Positions 9,360 to 19,288 of a stretch of DNA of 64,000 nt are shown here, one piece after another. The DNA lies in contig CBFGKH010000002.1 of the NCBI GenBank assembly GCA_965649295.1, forward strand, positions 32,001 to 96,000, written 5' to 3'. Position numbers and translations under genes: made by a program. Origin of the DNA: a candidate division WOR-3 bacterium (lineage in GTDB: Bacteria > Hydrothermota > Tepidihabitantia > Tepidihabitantales > Tepidihabitantaceae). The notes beneath the pieces are model-generated. The model saw only the letters and a program-made list of their open reading frames with translations, was not told the DNA's origin and searched no databases. Position 1 is the first letter of the stretch, and each line of letters begins with the position of its first letter.

Positions 9360-10673
9360 GTGCGGCCGACAGTGGCGGCGCTGGCGACGCCGCCCGGCCA
9401 GAGTGCGCTGGCGGTCATCCGGGTAAGCGGCCCGGACGCACTGCCGATTGTTGACCGGCTGGTGCCCGGCTGCCGAATCCGCACCCAGCCGTCACATACG
9501 GTCAGGCTTGGCTGGTGCCGGGACAGTGCCGGCAAGCCGATTGACCAGGTGCTGGTGACGGTCTTTCGCTCTCCCCGTTCATATACCGGTGAGGATATGG
9601 CCGAGATATCCTGCCACGGTGGCTTGGCCGCGCCGGCCGCAGTTCTCGACCGGCTGTTCGAGCTTGGCTGTCAGTCGGCCGAGCCCGGTGAGTTCACCCG
9701 GCGGGCAGTGCTGGCGGGCAAGCTGACCGTGGCCCAGGCCGAGGCAGTTCTCGAGATAATCAATGCTCAGTCACCGGCCGCGCTGCGGGCGGCGACCAAA
9801 CGTTACCAGGGTCAGTTGGCAGAGTTTGTGGCTCAAACCGGGGCCGAGCTGAGCCAGGTGCTGGTTGAGCTTGAGTACAGCCTGCTCGACGATGGCCCGC
9901 TACCACCGCTCAATCGCCGGCTAGGCAGACTGGCAGCCGGAATTGAGCGCGAGCTAGCCTTGGCCAGTCAGAATCGCTTTCTCTACGAAGGAGCGAAGGT
10001 GGCGATTGTCGGTCGGCCTAATGTCGGCAAGTCGAGTCTCTTTAATCGGCTGCTGGGTACGGCTCGAACCATTGAGAATCGGTTGCCGCACACCACCCGC
10101 GACGCGGTCAGTGCCGATGTGATGATTGGGGATATCAGGGTGCGGCTGACCGATACTGCCGGTCTTTCGGCGCGACCGGTGCCGGCGCTGACGCTGCAGG
10201 CACAGGCAAAAACCCGGCAGGCGATTGCCGAGGCTGACCTGGTGCTGGTTGTGCTTGACCGTTCACTGCCAAGCCAGCGGGCCGACCGGTTGGTGCTGGC
10301 CGAGACAGCCACCCGGCCACGAATAGTTGTGCTCAACAAGGCAGATCGGCCAGACCGACTTGGGCCGGCAGCCGGGCTGCGGCCGCGAGTGGCGGTATCG
10401 TGTCGAACCGGAGCCGGGCTTACTGGCCTGCGGCGGCTGCTGGCCAAGCGGCTTGCTCCGGGTGCCGGAATCGGGCTGGTTGCCGGAGAACGTCAGCTGG
10501 CGGTCCTGCGGGACTGCCTGGCAGCGGTAGAGCGCAGTCGGACAGCGCCCAATGCCGAGATTGCGGCACTTGAAATCCGGCAGGCCCTTGATATGCTGGC
10601 TCAGCTTGACATTCGTTTTCCAACCCAGGCGATTCTCGACCAGGTTTTTGCCCGGTTCTGTGTCGGCAAGTGA
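9360..10673 (+). CDS. mnmE: tRNA modification GTPase MnmE/TrmE
   Basis: SYTGED, GEFTRRA, GRPNVGKS, TTRD, DTAG, NKAD and terminal FCVGK. Start is approximate (GTG 9360). Confidence 0.93.
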   Translation: MRPTVAALATPPGQSALAVIRVSGPDALPIVDRLVPGCRIRTQPSHTVRLGWCRDSAGKPIDQVLVTVFRSPRSYTGEDMAEISCHGGLAAPAAVLDRLFELGCQSAEPGEFTRRAVLAGKLTVAQAEAVLEIINAQSPAALRAATKRYQGQLAEFVAQTGAELSQVLVELEYSLLDDGPLPPLNRRLGRLAAGIERELALASQNRFLYEGAKVAIVGRPNVGKSSLFNRLLGTARTIENRLPHTTRDAVSADVMIGDIRVRLTDTAGLSARPVPALTLQAQAKTRQAIAEADLVLVVLDRSLPSQRADRLVLAETATRPRIVVLNKADRPDRLGPAAGLRPRVAVSCRTGAGLTGLRRLLAKRLAPGAGIGLVAGERQLAVLRDCLAAVERSRTAPNAEIAALEIRQALDMLAQLDIRFPTQAILDQVFARFCVGK

Positions 10674-10760
10674 TGCGGTTCGTCAGCCTGATTGCGCTAG
10701 TGGTGTCGGCCGGTCCGGCACCGAGGGCCGAGCAAGCGGGCGCGCCGCTTTCCTGGGCCG

Positions 10761-11138
10761 ATGATGATTGAACGGATTTTGCTGCTGGTGACCGATACAC
10801 CAGCAATGGCCGCAACAGCAGCGTGGACACTGGCACTGGCGCGGGACCTTTCCGCCCGGCTCTTTGCAATTGCCCTGCTTGGCCCGGCTGACTTGCCGGC
10901 TGACGAGGAGCGGGCCTGGAAGCTGCTCTACGAGATTGAGGACGATGCTTTCGAGCAAAACGTGAAGGTGTCGCTGCTGCTTGAAGCAGGGGCGCCGCTC
11001 GACCGGCTGCCGACGCTGGCAGCCAACTACGAGGTCGGTCTGGTAGTCGCCAGCGCCGACTGCCAGCTTGACCCGGCCGAGCTGGTGCGCCGCAGCCCGC
11101 GGCCGGTGGTCATCTATAACAAGCAACCGGAGGTATGA
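10761..11138 (+). CDS. Universal stress protein-like protein
   Basis: ERILLLVTD N-terminal strand and C-terminal SPRPVVI, typical of the USP fold. Confidence 0.65.
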   Translation: MMIERILLLVTDTPAMAATAAWTLALARDLSARLFAIALLGPADLPADEERAWKLLYEIEDDAFEQNVKVSLLLEAGAPLDRLPTLAANYEVGLVVASADCQLDPAELVRRSPRPVVIYNKQPEV

Positions 11139-11620
11139 TGGCGAAGCTATCTGCGCCGCCCCAAGTTGGCCAACTGTCGGCATTGCTCCCCCGTGCGGCG
11201 ATTCTGCTCAACATGCAGGCCACGGAGAAGTTCGCGGCCATCCGCGAGCTGGTCCAGCCACTGGTCGCGGCCGGGGTCATCACCGACGAGGCTGAGTTTA
11301 TCGCGGCGATTGTTCGGCGCGAGAACATGGAGTCAACCGGTATCGGGCTGGGAGTGGCAATCCCCCACGCCCGTACCCGCGCCACGAATTCGATTGTGCT
11401 GGCATTCGGTCGTGCTGACCACGGCATTGATTTTGCCAGCCTTGACGGCAAACCCTCGCATCTCATCTTTCTGATTGCCGCGCCCGAGGAGCAGAAGACC
11501 GAATACATCATGACGCTGGCCCGACTTTCCCGGCTGTTGCGCAAAGACGAGGTGCGCATCGGCCTGAACCGGGCCACGAATGCCGACGAGGTGCTGGCCG
11601 TTATCCGACAGTATGAGTAG
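11135..11620 (+). CDS. PTS EIIA (Fru/Ntr-type) domain protein
   Basis: RE..ESTGIGLGVAIPHAR phospho-His motif and FASLDGKP. Confidence 0.9.
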   Translation: MMAKLSAPPQVGQLSALLPRAAILLNMQATEKFAAIRELVQPLVAAGVITDEAEFIAAIVRRENMESTGIGLGVAIPHARTRATNSIVLAFGRADHGIDFASLDGKPSHLIFLIAAPEEQKTEYIMTLARLSRLLRKDEVRIGLNRATNADEVLAVIRQYE

Positions 11621-12167
11621 TGAAGCCGCGGTCAGCCGACCGCTAGGGAAGCTAGTGGTCACTCTCCGCCAGGGTGACATCACCGACGAGACGGTAGATG
11701 CAATCGTCAATGCGGCCAATACCCGTTTCTGGATGGGCAGCGGCGTTGCCGGCGCTATCAAGCGCCGGGGCGGGGTGGAGATTGAGACCGAGGCAATGAA
11801 TCATGGCCCGGCCGAGCCGGGTGCGGCCGTGGCAACGACCGCCGGGCGACTGGCGGCACGTTACTGCATCCACGCCGCAGTGATGGGCGATGACCTTGTC
11901 ACCTGCGGCGACTTCATCCGCCGGGCCACCCGCAACGCTTTGGAATTGGCCGAGAAGCTGGGGGTAAGAAGCATTGCGCTGCCAGCACTGGGCACCGGCG
12001 TCGGTTGTTTTCCTGCGGCTGATTGCGCGCGGCTGATGCTTGATACCGTGGTCGAGTTCAGTCGGGGTCACGAGCAGCCGGCCGATATTCGGTTTGTCCT
12101 GTTTGACGAGCCGACATTCACCGCGTTCGCGAAAGAACTAGCCGCCCGCAGCCAGAATCATTCCTAG
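11613..12167 (+). CDS. Macro domain (MacroD-type ADP-ribose-binding/hydrolase) protein
   Basis: GDIT..VDAIVNAAN, GSGVAGAI, ALPALGTGVG. Confidence 0.9.
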   Translation: MSSEAAVSRPLGKLVVTLRQGDITDETVDAIVNAANTRFWMGSGVAGAIKRRGGVEIETEAMNHGPAEPGAAVATTAGRLAARYCIHAAVMGDDLVTCGDFIRRATRNALELAEKLGVRSIALPALGTGVGCFPAADCARLMLDTVVEFSRGHEQPADIRFVLFDEPTFTAFAKELAARSQNHS

Positions 12168-12190
12168 CCAGTTCTGCCCGTTTCTTGCCA

Positions 12191-13948
12191 ATGGCTGAGC
12201 TTAGCTACCTACTGCCCCGGTCGCGGCAAGTGATTGCCGACCGGCTGGCCGAGCTCGGGTTGCCGATTGCTGCGACCGAGGTTCGTGATGCCGAGGCCGG
12301 GATTGATGCCGACCTGGCACTACCGCTCTTTCGGTCGGCCAAGCTTCTGGGCCGCAATCCGCACGAGCTGGCCACCGAACTGGCCGAGAGGTTTGACCGC
12401 AGTGGTACCGACTTTGCGGTGGTTACTCCGCTGCGGGGTTATCTCAACTTCCGGTTTGCGCCGGCGCGACTGGCAGCCGGTGTGCTGGCTGACTACAGCC
12501 GCAACCCGGCCGGCTACGGTAGTTCCGAACTGGGCCGCGGGCAGCGGGTGGTGATAGACTACTCTTCGCCCAACATCGCCAAGCCGTTTGCGGTCGGCCA
12601 TCTCCGTTCAACAATCATCGGCCAGGCGCTGAAGAATATTCTCGAATGCCTTGGCTATCAGGTGATTGGCGACAACCACCTCGGCGACTGGGGCACCCAG
12701 TTTGGCAAGCTGCTCTGCGCGTTCGACCGCTGGGGCGACGAGGCCGAGCTGGCGGCTAACCCGACAGCCACCTTGCTCGCACTCTATGTTCGGTTTCACG
12801 AAGCGGCCAAGACCGAACCGGCTCTGGAGGCAGCGGCCCGCGACTGGTTTCGGCGGTTGGAGACCGGTGACCCGGTTGCCCGCAGCCGCTGGGAAAGATT
12901 TGTCGCTCTCAGTCGAGCCGAGTTCAACCGCATCTACGAGCTGCTCGGGGTACGGTTCGACACGGTGCTCGGCGAGAGTTTCTATGCGGATCGGCTCGAA
13001 CCGCTGGTGCAGCAGGCGCTGGCCCGGGGCATTGCCCGGCGCGAGAAACCGCCGGCCGCCGCCACCGGTTCGGACGAAGAGATCCGCCCCGATGAGACGG
13101 TTGTCGTCATGCCGCTCGACGCGGCCGGTATTGATGTGCCGCTCGTTCTCCAGAAGTCGGATGGCACCAGTCTCTACGCGACCCGCGAACTCGCGACGGC
13201 TGAATACCGCATCGCAACCTGGCAGCCGCAAAAGATACTCTATGTTGTCGGCAACGAGCAGCAGTTCTACTTCCGGCAGTTCGCGGCCGCGATGCGGTTG
13301 CTCGGCCACGAGACCCCCTGCATCCACGTCGGCTTTGGACTGGTGCGGCTGCCGAGCGGCCGCATGTCCACCCGGGCGGGTCGGGTCATTCTGCTCGAAG
13401 AGGTCATCCGGGAGGCAATCCGCCGCGCTGGAGCGATTCTTGCCGACCGCGACCTGCCGGCAGCCGAAAAAGAGCAGATTGCCAGTCGGGTCGGCATCGG
13501 CGCCATCAAGTATGCCGACCTTTCGGTCTCCCGGCAAAAAGAGGTGGTGTTCGACTGGGACCGGATGCTTGCCCTCGACGGCGATTCCGCGCCCTATCTG
13601 CAGTATGCTTGGACGCGGACCCGCTCGATTCTGCGCAAGGCTGAGATCGAGCCATCGGCGCAGGCCGCGCTATTGTTGACCCTGCCTGAGGAGCAGACCT
13701 TGCTGCGCGAACTTGCCCGCTACCCAGAGACAATTGTCGCTGCGGCCGAGGCATATGAGCCGCACCGGATTGCCAATCGCATCTACCGCGTGGCGCGCGA
13801 GTTTTCGGTCTTCTATGACCGGGTACCGGTGCTTCGGGCCGAACCCAGGGAGTTGGCAGCAGCGAGATTGAAGCTCGTCGAGATGACCGGAGCGGTAATA
13901 GGTCACGGCCTCGGGCTGCTCGGTATCGAGACCGTTGACCGAATGTAG
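12191..13948 (+). CDS. argS: Arginine--tRNA ligase
   Basis: DYSSPNIAKPFAVGHLRST, HLGDWGTQFG, MSTRAG, YLQYA and terminal Met. Confidence 0.97.
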   Translation: MAELSYLLPRSRQVIADRLAELGLPIAATEVRDAEAGIDADLALPLFRSAKLLGRNPHELATELAERFDRSGTDFAVVTPLRGYLNFRFAPARLAAGVLADYSRNPAGYGSSELGRGQRVVIDYSSPNIAKPFAVGHLRSTIIGQALKNILECLGYQVIGDNHLGDWGTQFGKLLCAFDRWGDEAELAANPTATLLALYVRFHEAAKTEPALEAAARDWFRRLETGDPVARSRWERFVALSRAEFNRIYELLGVRFDTVLGESFYADRLEPLVQQALARGIARREKPPAAATGSDEEIRPDETVVVMPLDAAGIDVPLVLQKSDGTSLYATRELATAEYRIATWQPQKILYVVGNEQQFYFRQFAAAMRLLGHETPCIHVGFGLVRLPSGRMSTRAGRVILLEEVIREAIRRAGAILADRDLPAAEKEQIASRVGIGAIKYADLSVSRQKEVVFDWDRMLALDGDSAPYLQYAWTRTRSILRKAEIEPSAQAALLLTLPEEQTLLRELARYPETIVAAAEAYEPHRIANRIYRVAREFSVFYDRVPVLRAEPRELAAARLKLVEMTGAVIGHGLGLLGIETVDRM

Positions 13949-13959
13949 GAATAAACAGA

Positions 13960-13999
13960 CTGGTGGGACGGCAAGGGGGAAGCCGCCCCACCAGCTTTT
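13960..13999 (+). terminator. Intrinsic terminator between the convergent argS and Kelch genes
   Basis: CTGGTGGGACGGC/GCCGCCCCACCAG stem followed by CTTTT. Confidence 0.6.
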
Positions 14000-14009
14000 G
14001 CCCGCACCC

Positions 14010-15824
14010 CTAACGAACGAGTACTAGTCGGTCGCGCCGCAACCGGCTGTTGCCCTGCTCGATGACGACAAAGTAGGTGCCGTCGGAAAGTTCAGCCAAG
14101 TCAATTGTCCGCTCAAACCAGCCGGGGCCGGAAGTGAGAGGAGATATTCGGCGGCAGTTGCCGACGGCGTCGTAGATGCGGCAGTGAACCGGCCCGGCAC
14201 TGGCAATCTGGCCACGTATCTGTAGCCCGGTTCCGGTCAAGGGATTGGGTCCGAGCGCAATACTGGTTCGGCTGGGCACTGGGCCAGTTGCCATTACGCC
14301 ACTGCGCTGGACTGGGCCAGGGCGGACGACCTCGTTGGCCGGCAGGTAACGCCAGACTTCCACCGACTTGTTGCCCTTGATGGCCAGGAACGTGCCGTCG
14401 CCGAGACAGGTGATGTCGGCTCCGTCCTTCACCCTGACCAACCGGCTGCCATTGCCGGCTGGAGGGATTGTCTCAAGCTCGGTCCAGTTGTCAGATTCCG
14501 GGTCGTAGCGCCAGAACTGCAGAGTGTTGCCGCCTTTGAAGGCGTAGATGGCACCGTTGTACCAGGTGGCGGTACCACCATCCTTCAGGACGGTGTTACG
14601 GCCGGTGTTGTTATTGAACGTCGGCATTGGCGTAAGCGGACGGCTGTACCATGTCTCGCCGACAACATCGAACCGGCGGAACTGATGGTATTTGCCCTGA
14701 TGGGCATAGATTGTTCCGCTGCCGTCATAGCAGAGCCACGAGCCTTTGTCCCATTTCGGACTCTGTCCCGGGGGCAGGCTGGGCAGCGAATCCCAAGAGC
14801 CGGTCTGGGTATTGTAACGCCAGAACTCGTTGCTGCCACCGCCTTTGGTGACATAGACATAGCCGGTGTCGTTCTTCGTTGCAAAGACGGCGTCGGCACC
14901 AGCCTTCAGCTTCTTCTTCCGGGGCCCGGCCGGCACATCGGCCAACCGCTGCCAGGAGTCGGTATAGGCGTTGTAACGCCAAAAAGCGCAGCAGGAACCC
15001 TTAGTGACGTAGATCTGGCCACCGCCGTCACCAGTCGCGGTGGCGCCGGCAACCGGCAATCTCCGTTCCGGTCCGGCGGGAATGGTCTCTCGGTTCTGCC
15101 AGCCATCAGTTATTGGGTCATAGGCGTAGAAGTCCCGGGTCTTGTTGCCTTTTGCAGCAAAGACGCGGCCAACCCCGGGCAGCCAGACAAGCCAGCCACC
15201 GGCCTTGATTGCCTTGCTCGAAGGCAGGGCCGGCATCGAGGAGACCGGCTGCCAGCCACTCGGACGGGGCCGGGAAGCGACTTTGATTGTATGCATCTGG
15301 CGATTGTTTGTCGGGTCGTCATCGCGGGCCAGCCCAACCGAGCAACGGACGACATAGAAACCGCTGCGCGCAAAGTGGAGCGTGTCAAATGTCTTCATCA
15401 GAATCTCACCAGACCCGAGGGTAACCAGAATCGAATCGCGATAGACCGGTTCACCGTTCGTGTGGTCAATCATGAGCCAGGCCGGGAAAGTGGCAGGGTA
15501 GTCACCAAGATTGGCAAGCCGCGCCGACGGGGTGACGAGCAGCACGGTATCTACTGTTCCGACCGGGGCGGTAATCTCGACCACGGCCGCATCACGAAAG
15601 GCCCGGAACGGTCGGGGATGCCAGTAACCAATCCAGCCATTGGTTCCTTCCCGATCTTGGGACCGGCCGATAGTCAATTGGCCAAAACTGCCCCGGGAAA
15701 TCAGCGTGCCTTCAATATCAGTTGCCTTGCGGCCGCCGGCGTCAATCACCCACTCGGTCAGCCGATAGGATGGCTGAGCCAGGGCGACGGCCGCGGCCAG
15801 CACGAGAATCAGTAGGCGATGCAT
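14010..15824 (-). CDS. Secreted protein: N-terminal IDAGG/GQ/GYW module, CARDB/Ig-like domain, Kelch-like beta-propeller, T9SS type A-like C-terminal domain
   Basis: Signal peptide; repeated KG....FWRY....DSW..L..VP blades; C-terminal GPNP...IYDAVG...GTYFV...LVLVR; GAGGAGG RBS. Confidence 0.8.
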   Translation of the reverse strand: MHRLLILVLAAAVALAQPSYRLTEWVIDAGGRKATDIEGTLISRGSFGQLTIGRSQDREGTNGWIGYWHPRPFRAFRDAAVVEITAPVGTVDTVLLVTPSARLANLGDYPATFPAWLMIDHTNGEPVYRDSILVTLGSGEILMKTFDTLHFARSGFYVVRCSVGLARDDDPTNNRQMHTIKVASRPRPSGWQPVSSMPALPSSKAIKAGGWLVWLPGVGRVFAAKGNKTRDFYAYDPITDGWQNRETIPAGPERRLPVAGATATGDGGGQIYVTKGSCCAFWRYNAYTDSWQRLADVPAGPRKKKLKAGADAVFATKNDTGYVYVTKGGGSNEFWRYNTQTGSWDSLPSLPPGQSPKWDKGSWLCYDGSGTIYAHQGKYHQFRRFDVVGETWYSRPLTPMPTFNNNTGRNTVLKDGGTATWYNGAIYAFKGGNTLQFWRYDPESDNWTELETIPPAGNGSRLVRVKDGADITCLGDGTFLAIKGNKSVEVWRYLPANEVVRPGPVQRSGVMATGPVPSRTSIALGPNPLTGTGLQIRGQIASAGPVHCRIYDAVGNCRRISPLTSGPGWFERTIDLAELSDGTYFVVIEQGNSRLRRDRLVLVR

Positions 15825-15845
15825 GGCGCCTCCTCGGTGCGGGCG

Positions 15846-17417
15846 CTAGCGCACCGGCACTGGCGGAAGCACGCCGGACCGTAGCGGAGTGGCGACACCG
15901 GGGAGTGCTGCTGGCGCTAGCGGGAAACGGATTCCGGCTTCACCGCGACGGGCTCCAACCACCCGGTAGGTAAAGGCTGCATTCGACTTGCCGCCGCCAA
16001 TCTCATAGGCGTCGAAACCAGTGGCGTCGCTCTTGACATAGATGCCTTTGCAGTCGTCGTTCAGCGTGATGAAGACCCTTAGGGTCTGGTCCTGCTGCTG
16101 CTCGATGCAGTCGAGGAATACCGGGTCAAGATTGACCCGGCAGTGGCCGTTCTGGAGCCGGGCAGTGCCGTAGTCTTCAAACAGTGGCTCGGGCGACTCT
16201 GGCGCGAAGAGAATCCGGTTGCCGTCGCCGGTTGGCATTACGGTGCTGACATTGCCATTGCCAAGGACTTTGAATTTCTGGGCGCCGTGATTGTAGGCAA
16301 CATAGGCCCAGGCAGTATCGCCACCCGGAGCAGCGAACGTCCGGAAGAAACCACCGCAGCGGTCCCCAGTCAGATTCCGCGCTAGGCCATAGACGCCAAC
16401 CGTCGTGCCGTTGAAAGCACCACCAGAACCCTGGAGCAAGGTATAGACTGTATCGCTGATCCGATTGCCCATGGTGGCTATGCCAGTCCCGGTTGTGTCG
16501 TGGGCATAGGCGAACAGCCCGATGTGCCGAGCCGTGAAGGCACCGCCCGAGCCGCCTTCGAGGTAGAAGGTCGTGTCGTTGCAGCCGGCACCGGCAACAG
16601 CGGTGCCGGCAGCGTGGCTGTTGTGGCCCCAGACCGCAAAGGCATTGTTTGTCTTGCCCTGAGCATAGGTTGCAGTTCCCGCATCGCTCGTCGCATAGAC
16701 ACCGATGCCATTCTTGCTCCCTCCGTAGACGCCGATGCATGTTCCTTGCACGTCACCGACAATGGCCGGTTGATTGGTGAGCCCGTTGGCGGAGGCGACC
16801 AGTTGCTGGTCGGCCCGACCGCTGCCCTCAATCCAGAAGTTGGTCGCTGGCTGCGGAGTGGTGCTGTTCCAGACGAAGCCGGTTGCGTGCCGGTCATCGA
16901 GCTTGTCTGAGTTGTCCGCGTAGCCAGCCAGTTCAGCCCGGTAGGCACGATCGCCGTATTGGGCGTGGAGAGCGAAGGGCATGGTTGCCATCTCGGTGCG
17001 CGGTTCGAGCATCCGGCCATTGACGTTGAGGCCGATCCAGCGCCGCTGCCCGGTTAAGAAGACCAGTGTGTCGGCTGGATTGAGACCTATTTTGACATTG
17101 AATACTCCCTGTTCGACTGGTACCGCCGGCAGGCTGCGGGAGAGCAATGGACTGCCGCCGATGCTGTCGGAGTAGATGGTGATTGTCATTGGGACGGTGG
17201 CGGTTAGCGGCTCACCGTCGGCATCGGTCAGGTATCCTTGGTAGTTGAAGTAGAGCGGTACATCGTCGACACCAGCTCCACGGTCGGCCAGGCTAGACCG
17301 TTCGAGTCCCAGGGCCCCGGCGACTAGCGCCGCGACGAGCAGCAGGACTTTGCCTGGCTTTAGTCCTTCCGCAGCTACAAAGCCACGGAGATGGTTCCCC
17401 ATCGTTAGTGCGAGCAT
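15846..17417 (-). CDS. Secreted tail-fibre/tailspike-like Gly-rich beta-helical protein with C-terminal chaperone-like domain
   Basis: N-terminal FNYQGYLTD...GVFNV...PR...PFALHA module, GVYG/AVAG repeats, and C-terminal [12 protein letters not shown]...[20 protein letters not shown]. Confidence 0.7.
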   Translation of the reverse strand: MLALTMGNHLRGFVAAEGLKPGKVLLLVAALVAGALGLERSSLADRGAGVDDVPLYFNYQGYLTDADGEPLTATVPMTITIYSDSIGGSPLLSRSLPAVPVEQGVFNVKIGLNPADTLVFLTGQRRWIGLNVNGRMLEPRTEMATMPFALHAQYGDRAYRAELAGYADNSDKLDDRHATGFVWNSTTPQPATNFWIEGSGRADQQLVASANGLTNQPAIVGDVQGTCIGVYGGSKNGIGVYATSDAGTATYAQGKTNNAFAVWGHNSHAAGTAVAGAGCNDTTFYLEGGSGGAFTARHIGLFAYAHDTTGTGIATMGNRISDTVYTLLQGSGGAFNGTTVGVYGLARNLTGDRCGGFFRTFAAPGGDTAWAYVAYNHGAQKFKVLGNGNVSTVMPTGDGNRILFAPESPEPLFEDYGTARLQNGHCRVNLDPVFLDCIEQQQDQTLRVFITLNDDCKGIYVKSDATGFDAYEIGGGKSNAAFTYRVVGARRGEAGIRFPLAPAALPGVATPLRSGVLPPVPVR

Positions 17418-17586
17418 CCTTCCTCCTATTGCAAGATTGCAACCAACACCGGCCGCGCCAAGACGCGACCGACAGTAACCCGGTTCAATTTTGCTTGGTC
17501 AGCTTCCCAAGCAACACCCCAAACAGAACAAATAATAATACCCGTTGTGCCAGCTCCGGTCAACAGTTGGACTACTGTCTGGGTGT

Positions 17587-17615
17587 TGACAATTGCATCG
17601 CCACCCTCTAGCATC
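17587..17615 (+). promoter_or_regulatory. Sigma70 promoter of the carboxyltransferase operon (a divergent TTGACC-17-TATTAT promoter lies near 17535-17563)
   Basis: TTGACA with TAGCAT about 16-17 nt downstream. Confidence 0.6.
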
Positions 17616-17642
17616 GGCTGGCCCAATGCCCGGAGGAAACTG

Positions 17643-19196
17643 ATGTCGCATCTTGACCGGATCCGAGAGGAGCTGCGTCGGCGCAACGAAGCCGCACTGA
17701 AAGGTGGCGGTGAAGAGCGGATCGCCCAGCAGCATGCTGCGGGCAAGCTGACTGCCCGGGAGCGGCTCGACCTGCTGCTCGACAAGGGCACATTTGTTGA
17801 GCTCGACCGGCTGCGCGTGCATAACTGCACTGATTTCGGGATGGCGGATAAGCGCATTCCTGGTGACGCGGTTGTGACCGGCCACGGGCGCATCAATGGC
17901 CGGCCGGTGGCGGTCTTCGCGCAGGACTTCACTGTCTTTGGCGGCACCCTTTCCCGGGTGTTCGCCGAGAAGGTCTGTAAGGTGATGGACCTGGCGCTGC
18001 GCGTCGGGATGCCGATTATCGGTCTCAATGACTCGGGCGGGGCCCGGATTCAGGAGGGGGTGGATTCGCTCGGCGGCTACGCCGACATCTTTCTACGCAA
18101 TACCCTGGCCTCGGGCGTGGTGCCGCAGATATCGTGTATCATGGGCCCGTGTGCTGGCGGCGCGGTCTATTCGCCGGCGCTGACCGATTTCATACTGATG
18201 ACCGAACGGGCAAGCCACATGTTCATCACCGGGCCAGAGGTAATCAAGGCGGTTACGCGCGAGGAAGTGACCAAGGACCAGCTCGGTGGAGCCGACACCC
18301 ATAATTCAGTCTCGGGTGTTGCCCATTTCAAGGATATTGACGACCGCGATTTGCTCGAACGGGTGCGCAAGCTGCTCTCGTTTTTGCCCCAGAACAATAG
18401 GGAGCGGCCGCCCAGCGTGCCTTGCCGGGACCGCGCTGATCGTCCGGTCGAGGGGATTGCCGAACTATTGCCGGATGACCCGCGACGGCCCTATGATATG
18501 ACCGAGATAGTCCGACGGGTCGTGGATGGGGGCAAGTTCTTTCAGGTTCACCAGCACTGGGCCCAGAACATTCTGGTCGGGTTTGCCCATCTGAACGGCG
18601 AGGTGGTCGGCATTGTTGCCAATCAGCCGCGCCATCTTGCCGGCTGTCTTGATATCAATGCTTCGGTCAAGGCCGGCCGGTTTGTCCGGTTCTGCGATGC
18701 GTTCAATATCCCGCTGGTCACTTTTGTTGACGTACCCGGGTTTCTGCCCGGCACCCAGCAGGAGCTGGGCGGCATCATCCGGCACGGCGCAAAGCTGCTC
18801 TATGCGTTCTGTGAGGCGACAGTGCCGAAGATAACGGTTATCACTCGGCGCGCCTATGGCGGTGCCTATGACGTGATGTCGTCCAAGCATATCCGCGGTG
18901 ACTTGAACTTTGCCTGGCCGACTGCCGAGATTGCGGTGATGGGTTCAGAAGGTGCGGTGAACATTCTCTACCGGCGTGAGATTGCGGCGGCAGCAGACCC
19001 GGCAGCCCGGCGCCGGGAGCTGACCGAGGAGTATGAAGAACGGTTTAGCAATCCGTTCCGGGCTGCCGAGCTTGGTTATGTTGACGAGGTGATTGAGTTC
19101 GAGGACACCCGCCGCCGCATCATCAACGGCTTGGAACTGCTGCGCACGAAGCAGCAGACCAATCCGTGGAAGAAGCACGGGAACATACCGCTCTAG
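17643..19196 (+). CDS. Acyl-CoA carboxyltransferase (propionyl-CoA carboxylase beta / methylmalonyl-CoA decarboxylase alpha)
   Basis: [38 protein letters not shown] and KKHGNIPL terminus. GGAGG RBS before ATG 17643. Confidence 0.95.
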   Translation: MSHLDRIREELRRRNEAALKGGGEERIAQQHAAGKLTARERLDLLLDKGTFVELDRLRVHNCTDFGMADKRIPGDAVVTGHGRINGRPVAVFAQDFTVFGGTLSRVFAEKVCKVMDLALRVGMPIIGLNDSGGARIQEGVDSLGGYADIFLRNTLASGVVPQISCIMGPCAGGAVYSPALTDFILMTERASHMFITGPEVIKAVTREEVTKDQLGGADTHNSVSGVAHFKDIDDRDLLERVRKLLSFLPQNNRERPPSVPCRDRADRPVEGIAELLPDDPRRPYDMTEIVRRVVDGGKFFQVHQHWAQNILVGFAHLNGEVVGIVANQPRHLAGCLDINASVKAGRFVRFCDAFNIPLVTFVDVPGFLPGTQQELGGIIRHGAKLLYAFCEATVPKITVITRRAYGGAYDVMSSKHIRGDLNFAWPTAEIAVMGSEGAVNILYRREIAAAADPAARRRELTEEYEERFSNPFRAAELGYVDEVIEFEDTRRRIINGLELLRTKQQTNPWKKHGNIPL

Positions 19197-19201
19197 GAGT
19201 A

Positions 19202-19243
19202 AGTCAAGAGTCAAAAGCCAAGTGTCAAGAGCCAATGGTCAAG
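19202..19243 (+). repeat. Heptamer tandem repeat (consensus AG[CT]CAA[GA]), intergenic
   Basis: AGTCAAG AGTCAAA AGCCAAG TGTCAAG AGCCAAT GGTCAAG. Confidence 0.85.
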
Positions 19244-19288
19244 AGGGAGATGGGAGGCCAGGGATGACACAGCGAAGCGTGGTCGGCG

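Noticed and set aside
12608..15815. Long overlapping ORFs (12608-13537, 12666-13679, 14685-15815, and similarly 45551-46486)
   Set aside because: Shadow frames of real GC-rich genes, with no recognisable motifs.
19202..19243. CRISPR array
   Set aside because: These are 7-bp tandem units without spacers, and no cas genes are present.
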